Assembly: GCA_965203465.1 (NCBI GenBank)
Contig: CBDBCR010000001.1
Coordinates: forward strand, 480,001-544,000
DNA: 64,000 bases
Direction of reading: 5' to 3'
DNA from: Nitrosopumilaceae archaeon
GTDB lineage: Archaea; Thermoproteota; Nitrososphaeria; Nitrososphaerales; Nitrosopumilaceae
How positions within the stretch are numbered: position 1 is the stretch's first letter; the number at the start of each line of letters is the position of its first letter. The translations under genes and the position numbers were made by a program. A model generated the notes under the pieces. That model saw only the letters and a list, made by a program, of their open reading frames with translations, did not search any database and was not told the DNA's origin. This document shows, piece after piece, positions 60,542-64,000 of the stretch.

Positions 60542-63115
60542 TCAATGCTCGCTAGAATAGGCTTGGGTTCTGCACGGAAGCCGGGGCCACAGGCGCCGCT
60601 TCAGCAGCGCTGCCGACGATGCGGGTATCCCTACGTACATTGCGGCGTTGGCTAGCAGGACGGCGGCGCCGTAGGCCGCAATTTCGGCGTCCGACGAGGT
60701 GTCCGCGTGTTCCAGAACGGAAAGCGACCAGAGCATGGGGGCCAGCGCGTACAGCACCGCCTGCCTGAGAGCGGGGCTCTGCCGCTCCCAGTCGGACACC
60801 GTAGGCGAGAACGCATAGTACGCTAGGTTGAACCCCGTAATGAACGCCCTCCCGGATTCGGTGCCGTACACAGCGCCGTCGCGGATCTCGCGGAGCCGCT
60901 GCACCTGCGGCGCCAGCTCGGTGCCGTACGCCGCGGTGGCCACCAGGCATCCGCCCCCGCTTGGGGCAGAGATCAGCTGGCATATTCCGTCCCGGTCGAG
61001 CTCTTGGCCGGGCCCGCATCGGGGACTTGGTTCTTCGGTCGCGCCTGAACCCGTCTCTGCGGATCCGTCTTCGAGCGCCCGAGATCCGGCGTCAGGCGCA
61101 GGCGGGAGATGCCGTTGCGGCTCTTCAGGCGCGCCGTCAAGCTCCGCCTGCATGTCTTCGAGCGCCCCAGATCTGGCGTCGGGAGCCTGCGGCTCGGCGC
61201 CGGGCGTTTGTGGGCTCTGCGTGCGCGCGATCATCTTGCATGTCCCGTCCAAGCCGAGATATTCGTCAGGCCCGCACAGAAGACCGGGATCGGCCGCGCC
61301 CGCATCGACCTCCGCGGGCCCGTCCAAAGATCCGACGCCTGCGGGCGGAGGTTGCACCACATCGAACGAAGCCGTCCCGATTATCCTGTCTGCCACGGAT
61401 GCCATGACTTCGTACGTGCCCGCGGGCGAATCGTAGTTCAGGGGAATCGAGGCCTCAAAGTCGCCCGGCGGCACGTACGAGATCATTTTTCCATCGGTGC
61501 GGCCGTCCGGATACGTGTAAGTCAGCGCGACGCGTATTCCGGCATATCGGGGATCCACGGTTCCGCTCACCTTGACCTCCGTGTAGCCCTGCTGCCATAC
61601 GTCGTACATGTCGCGCTCTACCTCGAGCGTGCCGACCTCACCGGTTGTCCTAGACTCGGGTTCGGCTCTCGTGGGGATCGCGTTTGGCGAGCCGCCTTCG
61701 GAGACCAGCGCGGGAGCAGTGAACGTAAACGAGCCGATGACAGAATCGATCAGATCGTAAAACAGCGTGCCGTTCTCCAAGTCCGTCTCGGCCACCATGT
61801 ACCATGCAGTCGTTCCGGAATGTACCTCGGCCACCCTAGTGAACGTCTCGTAGCTCTGCCTATCCTCCCAGTGCGTCCACCCGTACTCGACGTTGTACGC
61901 CTTGAGGCCAGAGTCCAGCACGGACGTGTACGTGTCGAATACGAAGAAATCGGAGCACGCGTATCCGCTCTCGGCCGCCGTTTCACAAAAATACCTCTCG
62001 TCGTCGACTATCATGTCCAATATATCAGAATCGCCCAGCGTCGCGTAGTCGATGTCGTACAACAAGAGGGTTATGTTAGCGTACAGCTCGTCGTCAAAGA
62101 ACGTCACCAGACTAGGTCCATCGTACGCTTCGCCCAGCGTCTGATCGAGCGCCGGATCGTAGATAGACCACGACGATGGGTATTTTACGGTGTACATTTT
62201 CATCGGATCTACGAACAGCGTCAGCGACTCGTCCGCACTGAAAGCCTCGGGTTGCGCGGGTGCCTCGCGCTCTGGCTGTGCGATGCCCCTGGCAAAGCTG
62301 GGATCTACTTCTTGGAACTGCACCGTTATCGAGGTGAGCGGTTCTGTCAGTGTGTCGGGGCTAAGTATCAGCAGGCCCGCGTTCCTGGACACGCCGCTGC
62401 ACGTGCCACCGTAGCTCAGATAGTTTTCCCCAAAGCACGCGCTGTCGGCATAGTATTCGAACGACTCTCCATCGGCCCAATCGCTTAGCGCCGAGCCGTC
62501 GGGCACCACGTACACGTCTAACCCGTAGGTGGGATCCTCGATCGAGACATGGTAGGCGAACGAGCTCACGTCCTTTACGGTGCAAAACGGCTCAAAGTGG
62601 CCGTAACCTTCGGTGGTAGTTATCTCCCGCTCGACAAGGCCGTATTCTCTGTTCAGCGCTATCGGGTACATTATGTCCGACGGATCGTCGCTGTGCCCAT
62701 AACCGAGCACGTGCCCGATCTCGTGAGCCATGATTTCGGTTACGTACCGCGAAGAGTACGGCGACCATCTTCCCTCACAATCGCTGTCACCCAGACCCAC
62801 TTCTATAAACTGGGTTCCAAGGGCATACCCAACGTGCTCTACGCCGAACTCCTTGACCCACTGGACCCTAAAGTCCGCCTGCGCGGGATCGTCTACCTGG
62901 TAGAACGCCATTCCGGGCAGCCGTTCTTCCCAGTACTGCGTAGCTTCGTACATTACGTTCCCCGCGTACGAGGCCCATTCGGGAAGATCGTCAATGTACA
63001 CATACCTGTCGGTCTGGGCGTGCGCGTCCCAGACGCACGCGGCAGAAAGCGACGCAAGGGCCAGCGCGGCCAGCGAGGCGCCCAGAATCCCCCGCGCGGA
63101 CGCTCGGCGTAGCAC
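60542..63115 (-). CDS. Matrixin (M10)-like zinc metalloprotease with a CFI-box-CTERM sorting domain
   Basis: Signal peptide; HEIGHVLGYGHS...IMYP; PsbP-like YTVKYPSSW domain; GGGCLVATAAYGTELAPQVQRLREIRD, C-terminal TM and basic tail. Confidence 0.88.
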   Translation of the reverse strand: MLRRASARGILGASLAALALASLSAACVWDAHAQTDRYVYIDDLPEWASYAGNVMYEATQYWEERLPGMAFYQVDDPAQADFRVQWVKEFGVEHVGYALGTQFIEVGLGDSDCEGRWSPYSSRYVTEIMAHEIGHVLGYGHSDDPSDIMYPIALNREYGLVEREITTTEGYGHFEPFCTVKDVSSFAYHVSIEDPTYGLDVYVVPDGSALSDWADGESFEYYADSACFGENYLSYGGTCSGVSRNAGLLILSPDTLTEPLTSITVQFQEVDPSFARGIAQPEREAPAQPEAFSADESLTLFVDPMKMYTVKYPSSWSIYDPALDQTLGEAYDGPSLVTFFDDELYANITLLLYDIDYATLGDSDILDMIVDDERYFCETAAESGYACSDFFVFDTYTSVLDSGLKAYNVEYGWTHWEDRQSYETFTRVAEVHSGTTAWYMVAETDLENGTLFYDLIDSVIGSFTFTAPALVSEGGSPNAIPTRAEPESRTTGEVGTLEVERDMYDVWQQGYTEVKVSGTVDPRYAGIRVALTYTYPDGRTDGKMISYVPPGDFEASIPLNYDSPAGTYEVMASVADRIIGTASFDVVQPPPAGVGSLDGPAEVDAGAADPGLLCGPDEYLGLDGTCKMIARTQSPQTPGAEPQAPDARSGALEDMQAELDGAPEEPQRHLPPAPDAGSRALEDGSAETGSGATEEPSPRCGPGQELDRDGICQLISAPSGGGCLVATAAYGTELAPQVQRLREIRDGAVYGTESGRAFITGFNLAYYAFSPTVSDWERQSPALRQAVLYALAPMLWSLSVLEHADTSSDAEIAAYGAAVLLANAAMYVGIPASSAALLKRRLWPRLPCRTQAYSSEH

Positions 63116-63194
63116 CGCCGCCCGGCCCCCCGCCGCCCTTTATAGCCAACCCCCGACCGGCACCGCTATAAGGAGGGGCCGTTCGCGCGGCGAC

Positions 63195-64000
63195 ATGAAG
63201 GCGAGGGGGCGCGGCAGGCCGGCGGGCAGGCGCGCACGGCCGCCGGGGTACCGCGCGCAGGCGCCCGGCTCGTGCACGCGCCTGTTCGGCGACGAGTGCG
63301 CCAAGGTGCTGGAGGGCCTCGGGCCCAAGGAGGCCGCCGCGGCCGACCGCATGGGGGCGCTCGCCTCCCGCATGAGCCGCAGGTACCCGTTCGTGTTCCT
63401 GCCCGACTTTGCAGAGGACCTCATGGACGGCATGTCGGGCAGCGCCATGCGCTCAAAGTACTGCATAGAATCGCCCATCGACTTTGCCAACCTCGTCCGC
63501 TACACCCTGAAGCTGGAGGGCTTCCGCTCCAAAAAGCACGGCGCCGACAACAGGCGCCGCAACCTCGCAAAGCCGGGGTGGAAAAAGACCTACGAGCTCA
63601 TATCGTCGCAGGCCGAGCTGCTGCGCGCCCCCCTCACCTCGCTGCTCTCCTGCCGGATACTGACCGCGGCGCTCTGCGAGGCGGTCCTCGAAAAGGGGAG
63701 CGTGCCGCTAAAGGACCTGGGCGCGCGCGTGGCCGCCTCGCACGCCCGCATGAAAAAGAGGGTCCACTTTCCGGCCGGCGCCCGCCTCTCGTACAGCGCG
63801 GCCCAGCTCGACTCGCTGGTCGAGCACCTCGTGGCGGCAAAGCGCCTAAAGAAGGAGGGCGGCAGGCTGCGCGCCCCGCCAAAGTACTCTGGCCTGCAGG
63901 ACGTCATGTACAGGATACTCGATTCGCGCACGGACGGGGCCTCCTACCAGAGCCTGATGACATCGACCGCGAAGGCGCTGCCGCTGCTGCGCTTCCTCCC
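63195..64000 (+). CDS. Hypothetical protein (wHTH-like segments), runs off the window
   Basis: Open frame from ATG 63195 to the window end, GC3-rich; TATAAG about 28 nt upstream. Confidence 0.6.
   Translation, partial: MKARGRGRPAGRRARPPGYRAQAPGSCTRLFGDECAKVLEGLGPKEAAAADRMGALASRMSRRYPFVFLPDFAEDLMDGMSGSAMRSKYCIESPIDFANLVRYTLKLEGFRSKKHGADNRRRNLAKPGWKKTYELISSQAELLRAPLTSLLSCRILTAALCEAVLEKGSVPLKDLGARVAASHARMKKRVHFPAGARLSYSAAQLDSLVEHLVAAKRLKKEGGRLRAPPKYSGLQDVMYRILDSRTDGASYQSLMTSTAKALPLLRFL

Overview
High-GC (roughly 65-70% by eye) thaumarchaeal chromosome segment, Nitrosopumilaceae/Cenarchaeum-like. The assignment rests on type IB topoisomerase, archaeal r-proteins, RadA, Rpo4, a CFI-box-CTERM protein and TATA-type promoters about 25-30 nt before mostly leaderless starts. 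Bases 1-20 kb are mainly housekeeping genes (TatA, PQQ sugar dehydrogenase, TopIB, three tRNAs, ICDH family, ksgA-rpo4-rpl21e, radA, rpl1/rpl10/rpl12, phosphohexomutase), with a frameshifted MORC-type ATPase-nuclease inserted among them. At 20.6-23 kb an IS110 element, whose 5' non-coding end carries a 10-nt match to its own insertion site (candidate bridge RNA), is interrupted by an IS630 element. Bases 23.5-53 kb form a hybrid surface/transfer cluster: class III pilins, prepilin peptidase, TadA/VirB11 ATPase, VirB4/CedB-like ATPase, VirB6/CedA-like, VirB2-like and PrgI-like membrane proteins, a ~4780-aa Ig-repeat surface protein behind a poly-G promoter tract, an ADP-ribosyltransferase-like gene flanked by three paralogous small ORFs, and a divergent TFB whose promoter shares a palindrome with the radA promoter. 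Bases 54-60 kb are a decaying defence island (HNH, DUF262, ParB-like genes, AIPR). All calls come from reading motifs by eye; no database searches were run.
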